Source: Glaucostegus cemiculus
Lineage: Eukaryota
Direction of reading: 5' to 3'
Length of the DNA: 64,000 nucleotides
Assembly (NCBI GenBank): GCA_976551045.1
Contig: CDPCPM010000114.1
Location: 3,224,001-3,288,000, forward strand
The notes under the pieces are model-generated. The model had not been told where the DNA came from, made no database searches, and saw only the letters and a program-made list of their open reading frames with translations. The translations under genes were made by a program, and so were the position numbers. Shown here piece after piece: positions 41,030 through 53,481 of this stretch (position 1 is its first letter; each line of letters begins with the position of its first letter).

Positions 41030-41600
41030 TATTGGCAAAGGTAGACATTGACGAGGAAGTTCACCATCTTCAGTGCACCAGCACAGCCTTGGGGTGGAAA
41101 AGAATATTTAAAGATCAAGACCTCAGACCTAGCACAAAGCTGTGTTCCCTGCACGTCTATGTACCCTGAGATCTCAAGCACCAATATCAGGCACCTGAAG
41201 GGACTGAATAAATACCATTAATGCTGTGTCTGCAAAATCCTCCAAATTCATTTGATGGATAAGTGATTAAATGCCCGCATTCTTTCCCAGGATAATGTTG
41301 CCATTACCAAGATCCCAGTTGCCCTCGGTTAGTTACATTGAGCCAGCCACACCATCGAGTGCCCAGCACCAGCCTCCTGAAATCGACCTCTGTTCCGAGC
41401 TCTATCATGGGAAGAGGAAAAAATTCAAGAGAGTGCTCAAAGCCTTCTTGAAGTGTAACATCCCCACTGACTCTTCAAAGTGGAGAAGGAACATCTGGGA
41501 TGGTATTGAAATCCTAGACTGCATGCACAAAGGGTAGATGCAAGCCCCATCCACCATCTATTCTGTCAGCCACATCTAAATACTTCAGAACTAGACTGGA
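41030..41600 (+). mobile_element. Decayed RTE-clade LINE 3' fragment
   Basis: gtagacattgacgaggaagttcaccat (DIDEEVHH) and aggcacctgaagggactgaataaataccattaatgctgtgtctgcaaaatcctccaaattcat (RHLxxLxKYHxxCxxKILQIH) match the RTE RT C-terminus. Confidence 0.7.
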
Positions 41601-44600
41601 AGCAGGTTTTCCTTCATTTCAAGGTACAGGTAAACAAACAAACAGCTGCTGGTGAGATGAATATGATTTGGCTTGTAACACTTGTAACAGCATTTCACCC
41701 ATGATTTGTTCTTTAAAACAATGTTGCAGGAAAAAATAAATTATAGCAATTGACCAAGCAATATGTTCACTTTGATTTGTTTTATTTATTTTGAAGTTGG
41801 CAAGCACAGGATGTCTTTTTGCTCTGAACATTAAATACTTCCATGTCAGGTGTGGCATTGCTTTGTACAATTTAAGGTCCTCCTACAGTATCTTGGTAAT
41901 TTTCCCTAATTTAACTTTAAGATACCACTCTCCTGTGCTTATTATTTTGCTTCCTATTTTCTGAAACAGTCATGTGCCAAGACTGATCATTCTGTACGTG
42001 TTTGTATTGACAGCCAAGTTGTTTTAGGATGCAGCACCTACCTACTAGCAATTATACTGACACTGCTGGAACCCACTTGGACATAACCAACAGTCAGAAA
42101 AATCTTTTGACCTGTCAGCCAAATGTGGATCAAACCTAATTTCCAAAGTGAAAATATAAAACCTAAACCCCTTTTTTCAGAGATGGATCAAAATGGTGGA
42201 AGCTAACACTTGATTGTTACTGTAGGTTGAACCTGTTCTACTAACACATGTCTTAGATTACCACAGGGTCAGAGATATAGACATTTTTTGAATAATTTAT
42301 GTAGTTCTGAAACTTTTACGTCTATCATAAATTTGGATTGAAACATGATATTATAAGCTCAAAACTGTACTTGGGTGATTATACTTGATGATGTGTCACT
42401 TTTACTAAACAGAATTTAAATGCATTCCAGTTAAACTTTCATTTTGTTCTGCATCACAAAGTTCAGCACTGCCAATATATACGTAAATATGCATTTTTAG
42501 TTTGTCTTCAACATGAGGTTCCTGATATTCCTAGTACTTCCTTACAAGGAAGAAGTAAAGAAACAACACAAGCCGCCCAGCAACCATCTTGCATTTTTAC
42601 AAACAAGTGAAATGTTTTAATTATTGTGGACATTTTGTAGCTGATATCAGTGATCCAGAGCATATGTTTACTGAAAAATCTCTTGAGCCTCCCCTCTTCA
42701 TAGCCCAACACAACAGGATTTCCTCCTTTACCACTTTTGCACCTCCCACTCCTTCTTCAACATCTCTTTTACACAAGCCTCTCATCTAAGCTTTTGGTTA
42801 TATCTCCTCTCATCTTCTTTAGTTTAACATTCATATCAGTTTGATTATACATTTTGTGAAGTGCTTTGAGCTTTTTTTTCCTGTGTTAAACACACTCCAT
42901 ACATCCAGGCTGTTGGTAGTTTTCATTGCATGCATTTAAATCACTTTGTTACTTAGATGGTTGCAATATTTTGTAATACTGTAGTAATAATATTTATTCT
43001 TGTCAGTTTGAGGTTTCCAGTTGGGTTAAACATTTCCTTTGGTCTTCCTAACCTCTTGCCACCCAAGCAGCTTCTAGCCAATCCAAATACTTTTTCAACT
43101 GCTGCTACTAACCACCTAGCTACTGTTGTGTTGTCAAGGGAACAGCACAAAAACAAATAGCAGTTGTCATGGAAATGTTAGAAAACAACCAGCTGTAGTG
43201 TTAATGCAAATGGCACTTTTTTGGTATTTGACTGTAATTAGAATGCACCAAAATGGTTTATTTTACTAACGAAGGAGGCTAAAATGTAAACAGGAAATTG
43301 TTTATTGGTTACAAAAATGCTTTGACACTGATGGAGTGAAGTCAGGTGTGAAAAGCAGTGGGAAGAATGCCAGCGGATCTACTTGCCAGTTGACTCCTTA
43401 TGTGTGCTGAATGGAAATGTTTACTTTTGTGAGAAAGGCAAATGAGCAATGTCCCTGCAGAAGATTCCTACATTGCTAAAATACTGAATAATCAGAAGTA
43501 ACGCAGAGTATAAAATGATAGATCATTTCAGCATCTATGGAGAGGGATCAGAGTTAACATTTCGGATTAACGACCTTTGCAATATATTGTAATTTTAACA
43601 GTACATGTTTGTACTTGTCAGGAGAAATTGTGGCTGTGGTGTTGATGCCTATGCTAACAATGCTGAGGTTAGCTCATGGAAATTGGACTGCCCAGAACAG
43701 AGCCACTGTAAGGTGTTCTCTCCTTAGGCTTTGCTACCATTTGGTATGACCACCACCGAAGTATAAGATCTTTCGTTAAATTGAAATATGGAGTCAGGAG
43801 CAGTGCCGTGATCCTGCCTGTTGGCTAAACCACTTGCTGTTTAACACAGCACAGAACTGAACAGAAGCCAGTGCTACAGAAGCAACAGCTCAAACCAAAC
43901 CTCTTGAAGGGCGGCAGCAATTAATCCATTTCAGTTAAACAAGACAAATTTCTACCACGCTATATTCTTATTACATAAGGTTGTTTAGATCAACTTGCTA
44001 ATTATTACTTCAATTTACTTGCTAAATCATGACAATTTTATGTGTCATTACAATGTTTTTAATTAATACCCATTACTATTAGTATTCTCTTCATGTGATT
44101 TGTGCAAGGGCAGCTCAGTAGCCCAATATACCATTGGCTTTGTACATTAATAAGGTTTTCAGCCATGTTCCCTTAAACATAATGAACATTAGCCTGCCAC
44201 TCAGTGTCCCATTAGCACACCTAAACAGGTGCCTTTCAATTTCTGGACAATCCAGCTCTGTTACTTCATTTTTTATGTACACAGCACCGAAGGTGGTTCT
44301 TGAAGTGCCTGCACAAGCTTATAATATTCTTTGGCAGATTGCACACTTTCTTCCAGGCCATCTCAGTTCTACATTGTCATGGAACCAGTCTATTGTATAT
44401 TGCTGCACCTCTGCATCTCCAATGCTGTTGAAATGTGCTCGTTTTACTGTGTTTGCATCAATACCAAGGCTTCACTGATAAACCGGGATTCTCTCAGTGT
44501 TTTACACTCAGATAAGTGCTAAAATAATGTCCTAAAATTTCAACTAAACTGCTGGCAGTTCTATTCTGACTTTTTCCTCCATTTGTAATATGGAAGTTTG

Positions 44601-46488
44601 GTATTCAAACGCAGAAGGCCCAAACTTTCACATACCTAAATTCTGATGCTGTTCTTACTGTACCCCCAAAGAATCTAGTGGTGGAGTATGAGATTTGACT
44701 GTTCCCCAGCAGTCTTGCAGGCAAATCTGTTGTAGGTTCAGCAGCATCATTACAGGTTTCAGGTAATTCGCATTTCTTTTTGATTTTAATTGAGTTCATC
44801 TGAAACATAATTGCTTTTATAGGTTTGCTGGTGTCTACGTGTTTTCATTTGATTTGTATAATGTTTCTTTTACATTTTAAGTGTCATTAATTTATTTTAA
44901 TAGATTTTGAATGGGGATATTCACAATCATTTGACTTCATTGATAACCTTGGCAGCTGGTTCTGCCTCAGCTGTCAAGCCATTTCTTTAGGATTGACAAT
45001 TGGCTGGTTTGATTGACTCGTAGAAGGTTTGTGAACAATATCCCATTCAAAGTAAGAGATGGTTTAGTGGGTAAGTAGGTAAGGAGTTGCTTTGCAGAAG
45101 TTTTAGGCCATCAATGTTTTTGAAGCTTGTAACCCGAGCTCTTTCAGAGGTGTAACACATTGTTTCGTCATGGTAAAAAAAATTATTAAAGACTTATTGC
45201 AAACAAATCTCATTCAATAATATACACATTCCTACAATTTGATGGTATACTGGGAAAGGGATGCTTTCCTCCTGTTTTAGAGAAGAGGAATACAAGATTC
45301 ATAAGGCCTTATTAACCTACTTCTATGGTTTTGACTAGCTAAGCTAAAATTGCTCATGTAACCTGCTCACACCAACCCTGCTGCCTTCTTGTGGACTACA
45401 ATCTTAACTTGCTCTTCCAAACTACTGTGATGGACATTCTCCTGAATGCAAATGTGACACATAAGGAAATCTTGTATCTACTCTTTCCCTGGTTCTCTCC
45501 ACTCCCACTTAAGACTGCAAAAGAACCTCCTGACCAACATATTCTCCATTTACCTGAAGGAGAACTCCTTCAAACCTCTTGTTGTGACTTCCTATCACTC
45601 AACGTGCCACTCTTTTCTCTGGAAACCTACTGTTTGCTGTCAGGTGGAGCATATGCAGAGGAAGCCCAGAAATTTAAAGTTTCTTAAGCTTTACATCATA
45701 GAGAGCCAGTCTGCCTTGCATTTCAACACATTAACATGAAGAACAACAATTATCCCTGTAATGTTTTGAATGAGATGGCAAGCAACATCATCCTGAATGG
45801 TTTTTATTCACTCATTTTCCAGGATGTAGGCATTGCTAGTATGGCCAGTATTTTGTTTTTGCTGTGTAGTATTGCCCTTGAGAAGATGTAGGTAAGTCAT
45901 CTTCACTGTAGTCCTACTAGTGAAGATACTTTCATAATGCTGTGGAATGGGGAAGTTCAAAGACTTAGAAGCAGTAGAAAGAAGGAACAGTGAGAATATT
46001 CCCAGGTTATAACAATGTTCAAACTGGACTTGGGACCTTCAGGTAGAAGCATTTCTATACTACCAGCACCATCATTCATCAATACAGGTGGAGGTTCTAC
46101 CAGAGTAGCTGGGGTAGGAGACTGCAGTGCATTTTATAGATGGTACACACTGCGGTCACTATGCACTACTGGCAGAGGAATGTGGAATAAAAAAATGTCA
46201 AATTTTAGAAAAATCAGATCATTCATGGGTTAAAACAAATGCTGCCTTCTGAGGAAAAGCCTCCAGAAGTTCATTAATGATCAGAGAACCACCACCTTTC
46301 TCCCCCCACACAATTCAGTTAAAACCACAAAGAGAATTTCCAATGTTAGCATTCATGTTTACATGCACTGAATCTCGGGTCTCCTGAAGAGTATTATTGT
46401 TAATTAACAATACTATTATGCTGTATTAATTGGAACAAATCTCCCTGTATTTGTTGCATGAGGGCCTTTTAAGAAATGTTTTCAAACA

Positions 46489-46716
46489 AGATATCTTTAT
46501 GTGTTTCGATGTACATGTGACTAATAGTGAAATGCACCTTTCACATAGAGTGTTCTGGGGGCAGCCCACAAGTGTCGCCACGCTTCCAGTGCCAACATAG
46601 CATGCCCACAGCTTCCTAACCTGTACGTCTTTGGAATGTGGGAGGAAACCAGAGCACCCGGAGGAAACCTACACAGACACTGGGAGAACGTACAAACTCC
46701 TTACAGACAGAGATAT
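46489..46716 (-). mobile_element. 5'-truncated SINE (second tail type) with an internal micro-inversion
   Basis: Matches 26575-26838 and 50410-50690, and is flanked by agatat at 46489-46494 and 46711-46716. Confidence 0.88.
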
Positions 46717-47944
46717 GAGTCATTTTAGGCCTTCACTTGATATGTATGTAATTAACATTTAAAAATTAGCATTAAATTATTTCAAGAACAAAGGTACCAA
46801 GGGGAAAATTGGGCTGGGTAGCACCTGTTTTCTAGGTGTTAGGCTATTTCCTAACACTTGAGCATGTGATTGGAACATGCACACTTCTTATCAGGGGTGT
46901 GCCTTTGCAATGCTGCTGTAGCTGTTAGCTACAAATGCACAACCACTTTACAGAGTATGTGGGTTTAATGGCATCAGTAGGCAGTGCTCCTCTGATACCA
47001 GTAGTACTATTTTTGAACATAGAGCTCCAACCTACACCTTTCTTTAACCTTACACAACTAAAATTTCATTAAATGCAATGAACTGAACTAAACTGCCTAG
47101 CCTTTAGTGTTATTAAAGGAATCGTGAACAATTCACAAGTTAGTTTCTGCAATACTTTTTTGGTGGCTGGTGTAATTCTATATATTTTGGGCTTTCCAAT
47201 ACTTGGATAATGTTGGAATGGTCTGGAGGGAGAGGTCTGGCTGGTGCTGAATACCTTTCTATTTAATTTAAAAGCTTGTGATGTATCAAGTTGTTTTCAG
47301 AGCTGTGAGATATGGGAAAATTGCTTGACACAAAGCTCAGTGAAGTGATGCACATGACTTGAAGGCTTGATTATTAATTGAATTTGTTGATACGTGGCCA
47401 GAGAAGATATGGCTTACTAAACTGTGAATGTGAATTGTGGTAGATTTTGCCATTTGAAGATTGAACTTGTACACCTTGACAACTTGTGTCAAGTCATTAA
47501 ACATCCTCCTGCATTGTCTTCTGTTCTTGGACTAACCTTTCCAATATTAACTTTTGCCATTATTGTTTCCAAAGCATGTATTTTGTATTATTGTATAGAA
47601 TGTCCTCATTTCAAGTTCCTGCAGCAATTTAGAATCATCAGTGCACGGAACCAATATTTTCTATTACAGAATTTTAACAAACGTGCATAGACTTTGAAAG
47701 GTCAAAATCATAACTTGTAATTTTGCTTTACCTTCAGTAGAAAAGAAATTAATGTCAGTGGTGGTTCCACAGTGTTTTGATTCTAATTATTTTGCATTAT
47801 GTTCAAATAAATCAGTGATCTCTCTCCTCAACCAGAAGAAGAGTTGGTGGTGCAATGGTCTATATGTTCAGGTACAAGTTCACTCACATCATTATCATAG
47901 GGGATATTCTCCTGCATCATGGACCTCAAGTAATGAACTAATTA

Positions 47945-48360
47945 GTGTTACAGACACTCTTTGGTTTGCCTGAAACTTGTTGGTCTCCCAGCACTGTGAG
48001 ATATCCGTGGGGGCATGCTGCTGACTGGCACATTCCAGGCTGCAGGGGTACATGCTGAGGGATGCACTGAAGCTGAGTGCAGCCAGTGCAAGGGCTCGGT
48101 GAGGAAGGACTACAGTTTAGGGTTCCTCTACCACTGGAGAGGAAGGGGTGGGGTCAGGTGAGAAAGCCCCTAAATATTGTAAATACAGGATTGGGGCAGC
48201 ACCCCAGGGAGCCACACGAGTGGCATTGGTGCTGTGATTTTTATATAAAAAGGTAACACTAATTATTGATCCGTACACAAATGTAAAGGTTTGCACTGCT
48301 TTATTGTTGTATGTAGTTTTTTTTATAATGAATTAAGTTTATTTTGGAATTTTAAAAAAT
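47945..48360 (+). mobile_element. Tx1/L1-clade LINE 3' end
   Basis: Translates as DTLWFA*NLLVSQHCEISVGACC*LAHSRLQGYMLRDALKLSAA, followed by a 3' UTR ending tttataatgaattaagtttattttggaattttaaaaaa. The clade call is from recognition. Confidence 0.7.
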
Positions 48361-48667
48361 TAATTAGTGTTAGTCAAGGAAGGAACAGGCTGAGCAAATT
48401 GTGTTTATTTGTAAAATGTGAGGGAAGCTGCAATGCCACTTAATAAAAGGAAAACAGTTTTAAAGAAACCAGAACTATATTCAGTGTGAAACAAATATTA
48501 ATGAAGTCTATCTTTCTTATCTTACAAATTGGGATGTATATTCTTCGTCAATGCTTGCATCAGGAAGTAGTCTGGATAGCTTCCTCCTTCCTTTCTATTT
48601 CTTCAACAACGTGATGAAGAGATTTCAGTCTGATCCACTAATAACATTTTATTTCAATGTGTTTCAG

Positions 48668-48748
48668 ATTTCAGAGAAGCAGAAACTTTTGAGATAAACC
48701 AGACAAAACCAAAAGATAATAGCTTGAGAACAACAATGTACCTCTCAG
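48668..48748 (+). CDS. Exon 3: extracellular stalk
   Basis: Acceptor tgtgtttcAG, donor CAG|GTAAC, 81 nt, phase 1-1. Reads (D)FREAETFEINQTKPKDNSLRTTMYLS with an N-glycosylation sequon NQT, and the end runs into the TM. Confidence 0.72.
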
Positions 48749-49990
48749 GTAACACCACAAACTGTGTGTGGCTTAAATCTTAGTTTATTTTCAATCCAGT
48801 TCACAAATGTTCAGATGTCATTGTGCATGACAGATATTTTTAAAGCTCTGGAACCAGCTACACAAAAAGATTTTGGGAAACTAAATTCAGCTGATCTTGA
48901 AGCTTTATCAGCACTGGATTAGGCCCAAAGGATGGGTCCAAGCATAGTTTTGATATTTCCATATATTTTCTGAGTGGGTGGGAGTGGGATTTGTGTAAAG
49001 AGCGTTCCACTAGCTTCCAGCTTCTGCTCCCATTTTTACGAATCATGCCAAAATGACAGTAGGCATTGAATATGCCCATCTGTATCTGAGTTGTGTGAAG
49101 ATTATGGGTTAATGTATTTTCAGTTATTAATACCTCAGCAGTTTTGGGAATTTTGTATTGGCATGGTAGATGGGACAAGGGGCAACTCAAAGGCATGGTA
49201 TGTTCTAATTGGTCAAATTGGAGGTTTAAAATTGTTTTCAATAATCTTTAAAGATTATTAATGAATACAGCAGTTTTATAAATGACAGGATATATTTTCT
49301 CTCATATCTTAATTCTCTCATATTTGAATTTATATGATTCAGTGTATTTTCATTAAACAGCTTACAGTGTAGAAGAATTGTACCAAACTTTGAACATTGG
49401 AACCAGTTCTGTAGTGTCAAGCTGGTTGATAAAGCAGGGTAAAACAAATTATCTGTCAAATCAGATCTGCAATGGCTTCAGCCCCAGGCTTCTCAGCCAA
49501 TTTTTCTTGCTCCCCTGTTAGTCAGTTTACCCACAAAATGACTACACTAAGCTTTATATAGCCTGTGTTATTGAGCAATCAAAATTTACTCACACTCATT
49601 GACATAAGGATCAGATAAACAATCATACTCAAGGGAGCTTTACTTTATTGCCTTCTGTCATAAGCAGTTAGAACTTTAATGGTTTCCTGTACTGTGAGTC
49701 TTTGCCTTTCATCTTTGATCTTTCAATAATAATATTCGGGAGCCCACTAATAGATGAGCTTACATTAGAGCCGCTACTGGCATTTTCTCCGGCTACAGGG
49801 AACATTAACTTTACATATTTTGTTACATTTGAACATATCTTGAATTAGCTCAGATGTGTTTAAGACCATATGACAAACAGAAACTCTTTTCTGAGCAAAA
49901 TTTGTTTAATAATGTGACTTTTCTCAATGCAAGTTATTTGTTATTTAATAAATGAGCATTATTATTCATTAATTGTACTATTTATAATAG

Positions 49991-50074
49991 TATCAATCAT
50001 TGGAGTCGTTTTAGGAGTGGCAATAATACTTGTTTGGATTAAAAGAAAATCAACTGGGAGAGCAGCGTCATCAG
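49991..50074 (+). CDS. Exon 4: transmembrane helix and basic stop-transfer
   Basis: Acceptor tttataatAG, donor CAG|GTAAGA, 84 nt, phase 1-1. Reads (V)SIIGVVLGVAIILVWI-KRK-STGRAASS. Confidence 0.85.
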
Positions 50075-50409
50075 GTAAGAAACTACAGCTCCCCAAGAGA
50101 AATGTATGTGTGACGTAGTTTGGAATTGCTTGTCAAACTTTTAACATTTGAAATACTATTGCTTAGTCACTCACATGTCTATAGAAGTAATCAGAAACCT
50201 ATATATTTCACTCGGAAATCTCTTGAAGTGATGCATTGAAGAAAAAGTACAAGGAAAACTCTGCTCATGAACACATCTGGGGAAGAGGAGTCTAAATTTT
50301 CTTCATGAGATTAGGGGTTTTGGTGAAAGACAAAGGGCTCTTTCTTTTTTTGGACACTAGGAGATGTTGCTGTTAAAGTGTTCTTTCAGCAGTTAGATTT
50401 TCCTTTATG

Positions 50410-50690
50410 TAAGATTTTCTTATTAGTCACATGTATGTCAAAACACACAGTGAAACACATCTTTGAGTAGAATATTCTGGGGGCAACCCACAGGTGTCAT
50501 CACGATTCTGGCGCCAACATAGCATGCCCACAACTTCCTAACCTGCATGTGTTTGGAATGTGGGAGGAAACTGGAGCACCCGGAGGAAACCCATGCAGTC
50601 ACAGGGAGAGCATACAAACTCCTTACAGACAGTGATGAGAATTGAACCCGGGTCGCTGGCACTGTAATAGCATTATGCTAACTGCTCTAT
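50410..50690 (-). mobile_element. tRNA-derived SINE, second tail type
   Basis: Homologous to 26575-26838, with the B-box visible as aattgaacccgggtcgctggc on +. Confidence 0.9.
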
Positions 50691-52003
50691 TAAAAACTGA
50701 CAGGTTCAATTCCAGGTAGTCCTGGCTTAAAATTCTTTCTATGATTTTCTCTGTTCAATGTATCTAATTAAGGTAGTAGATCAAAGGAAGTCAATAGGCT
50801 ATGTGTTAACAATATTACATTGGAGCAGTAAAATTTACTGTATATCTGCCAAAATCTTGAAGCTGTGTTTTTAAATGTTTTTATAATTTTATGGAACAAA
50901 ATCAAAATATAGAAAATCTTCCAACTGTGGTCTAAGTCAAGCCAGCTGTGATTGGTTTTCATGAAAAAATTACTAATGTTCAGCTGTTCAGAGGTAGCTA
51001 GATCCATACACATGGGTGCCCTGTCTTCCTTCTGGGACAAACCTACATTATGACATTACACTGGGAAACCTTTCTGTGATCCTATACCAGCAAGACCTGG
51101 CAACTGATTGGAACATTCATTTGAATGGTGTTCCAAGACCCAGGGATGAGGAAAAAAATGTTTCAGTTGTTTAAATTTTGTTTATTTAAAAAAAGCATTA
51201 AATTTTGAAGTAGTGGTTTAATGTGCTTTTCATTCTTTGTTAAAGTATTTTTATTTTAATGATTAATGTATCATTGTCTAATTTAATATAGTTTAACTGT
51301 CTCTATTGAAAACTTGTTACAAATTGCTTCCTAGCTCTACCCCAGCTTTGCCTCTTGTTGAAGACTTTCAGGGTACAACAGGGTATGACCCAGTGATATG
51401 TCAGCTGAAGTCAGGTTGCCACTGAGGCTTTCCTATGTCTTGCTGTCCATCTATGAGTTTGAGAACTCCATATCAATTGAATCCACGTGTCTGGACCAAG
51501 TTAGTACAGATGTAGGCAGAGTACTGGGTGTGAGTCCAGGTGGCTGGCCAAATTGAGTCATATGTTTCTAATGTTGCTAACAGGAAGGCAGCAAAGGAAA
51601 TCTTTCCCCGAGTTACTTTAACTCTAACCACAGATTTTGAGCAGACACGGTATCTCTGTTTCCTTGTTACTATACAAACCACACCTGTGGCTCACTACAT
51701 TTGTCATATAGGTTTATATAAAAGATAATTAACATTTGCACTTAAACAGCACTGCATTACCTTAAAACACCCCTTCACATTGGCCTGGATTTACTGAGTG
51801 GGCTCCATTGCACGCTTCCCTCAGAAGCCCAGTGGTCCTACACTTAACCAGATTAAGATCCAAAAGGCCGATTTTTCTGAACAAGAGTGTCCAATTGGAA
51901 TGATCCTGAAAGGCACCAGGACTTCCAGTTCTGTTATCCAATGACATGGGTGGGCCAGAACAAACCCTATGCATGAAACTGCTTTGACAAATGGCAAAAC
52001 CTG

Positions 52004-52499
52004 TGTCGAACTTGGTCGGAGAGAAAACTCAAAAGACTCAAAAAATTTCTCTGAGAGAAATCTCGTTCAAACTTCTTCCTTTATTTGATCCAAGGAGAGA
52101 GCATCAGGTCAGGCACTCATGTCCCAGACCCAGTGGTCTCTGAAGTATATCAGCTTACACACATTCTTATACTTTTTCAGAGGTACAAACTATTACCTTA
52201 CAAGGAATGATCATGCATCAATAATAATGATTGGCTGCAGACAAAGTTACAGACTCAAAATAGTTTATACATTAGTCTTAGATAATGGTTCCTTAAAGTA
52301 GCCAAGCCATCTGGGCTTCAAGGTTCCTCTTGGCCTGGACTTCAAGATTAGTTTAGGGAACAAAGTTGCTGTACAAACCTGCTGGAAAAGGAACTGAATA
52401 CAATGGTGTAATTATATCTCTAGGCTGCAGAACTTTAGCTGAAGCAAGCCGAATTTCCAAGACAAGGTCATGCAAAGCAAAACATGTCTGTTCCCGACA
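52004..52499 (-). mobile_element. Solo LTR (ERV-like), antisense in intron 4
   Basis: Ends are TGTCG...CGACA inverted termini. On the minus strand CCAAT (52234-52230), TATAA (52171-52167) and AATAAA (52085-52080) occur in U3-R order. No exact TSD. Confidence 0.7.
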
Positions 52500-52906
52500 C
52501 TCTAATACAGTCATTAATGGCATCCATGTTAATTCACGTCTCAGAGCTCACAATCTATATACTCCTAACCCCTCTATACCTTATATACATTCTCACCTGT
52601 CCCCAGCTTTGTTGACTGTCAAGACTTTTCAGTGCTTTGAATGTTCCCAAATATCATTGACATTCATATACATTCAAAAATGATTTAAATATGATGCAAA
52701 TAAAATTAAATTTTAAAAGTAGTTACTGGGATTCAATGAAAACATTGGCGTAATACTTAAAAATATAACCTGTATTCTTACAATAAACTAAAATTTATTC
52801 AGAAAACTTGACTTCCATTTTGGCAGCTGAATATTTGAGAACTGTTGCATTTTAGATTGTGCCTTAATTACAACTTTTCTGGTTTTGCTCTTTTTTTTCC
52901 TTGAAG

Positions 52907-52986
52907 CAAATAGATTTTCACTCTCAACCATTTCTAAGGAATATCCAATTTACAGCAATTGGCGTCGCCCAAGATGTAGTTGGTAA
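52907..52986 (+). CDS. Exon 5: cytoplasmic tail with tyrosine motif
   Basis: Long polypyrimidine acceptor ctcttttttttccttgaAG, phase-1 start. Reads (A)NRFSLSTISKEYPIYSNWRRPRCSW* with TAA at 52984-86, overlapping a consensus donor TG|GTAAGT at 52982/52983. Confidence 0.78.
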
Positions 52987-53387
52987 GTAAAATTTTAGTA
53001 AGTAAAAGAAATGAAAAAAGAAGTTTATAGATATGATATCTGATCCCTCCTACACCCACTATTTCTGGGTAGATCTACTCCAGATCTGATAATTACATTT
53101 GTAATGGTAGGTTCAACCACACTTTCTTTAGAGTAAAAGCAACTACTGGCATATCTGTGATTCACCATCAATATTTGTTACCCATTTCTTTTTACCCAGA
53201 GTAGGGTGTAACACAGTTTAAGTTTTCAGCCATTCTTTCTTGCCCGTAGTGGTTCCTTGGGATTGCATTAGCTTGCTTATTACTTCCTATTTGTTGCTGT
53301 GCCACTATGTTATGAGCTTAGCTGTTCCTGCGAAAGACTGTGCTTTGAATGTGAAATGTGTCTCAGGCACACATACTCTCTTTTCAG

Positions 53388-53481
53388 GTTTAACATAGCA
53401 GATGTATCCCTTGGTTTGTACCTTTATGTTGGCACAGCTAAAGAACCATTTAATGTGCCATTTTCAAAACAGATGATGTAA
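53388..53481 (+). CDS. Candidate terminal exon 6, if the 52983 donor is used
   Basis: Good acceptor actctcttttcAG and phase-2 compatible, giving (W)FNIADVSLGLYLYVGTAKEPFNVPFSKQMM*. No other support. Confidence 0.25.

Noticed and set aside
43080-43450. Cluster of ETS-, E-box- and RUNX-like words as an intronic enhancer
   Set aside because: Short motifs at a density I cannot distinguish from chance without conservation or chromatin data.
43622-43745. Possible extra exon (GEIVAVVLMPMLTMLR...) after an AG at 43620-21
   Set aside because: The nearby donor-like sites are phase 0 or 2 and so incompatible with the phase-1 stalk exon, and the peptide is unrecognisable.
49927-50118. ORF with an apparently very long hydrophobic stretch
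   Set aside because: The N-terminal part is AT-rich intron upstream of the acceptor at 49990, so only 49991-50074 is taken as exon.
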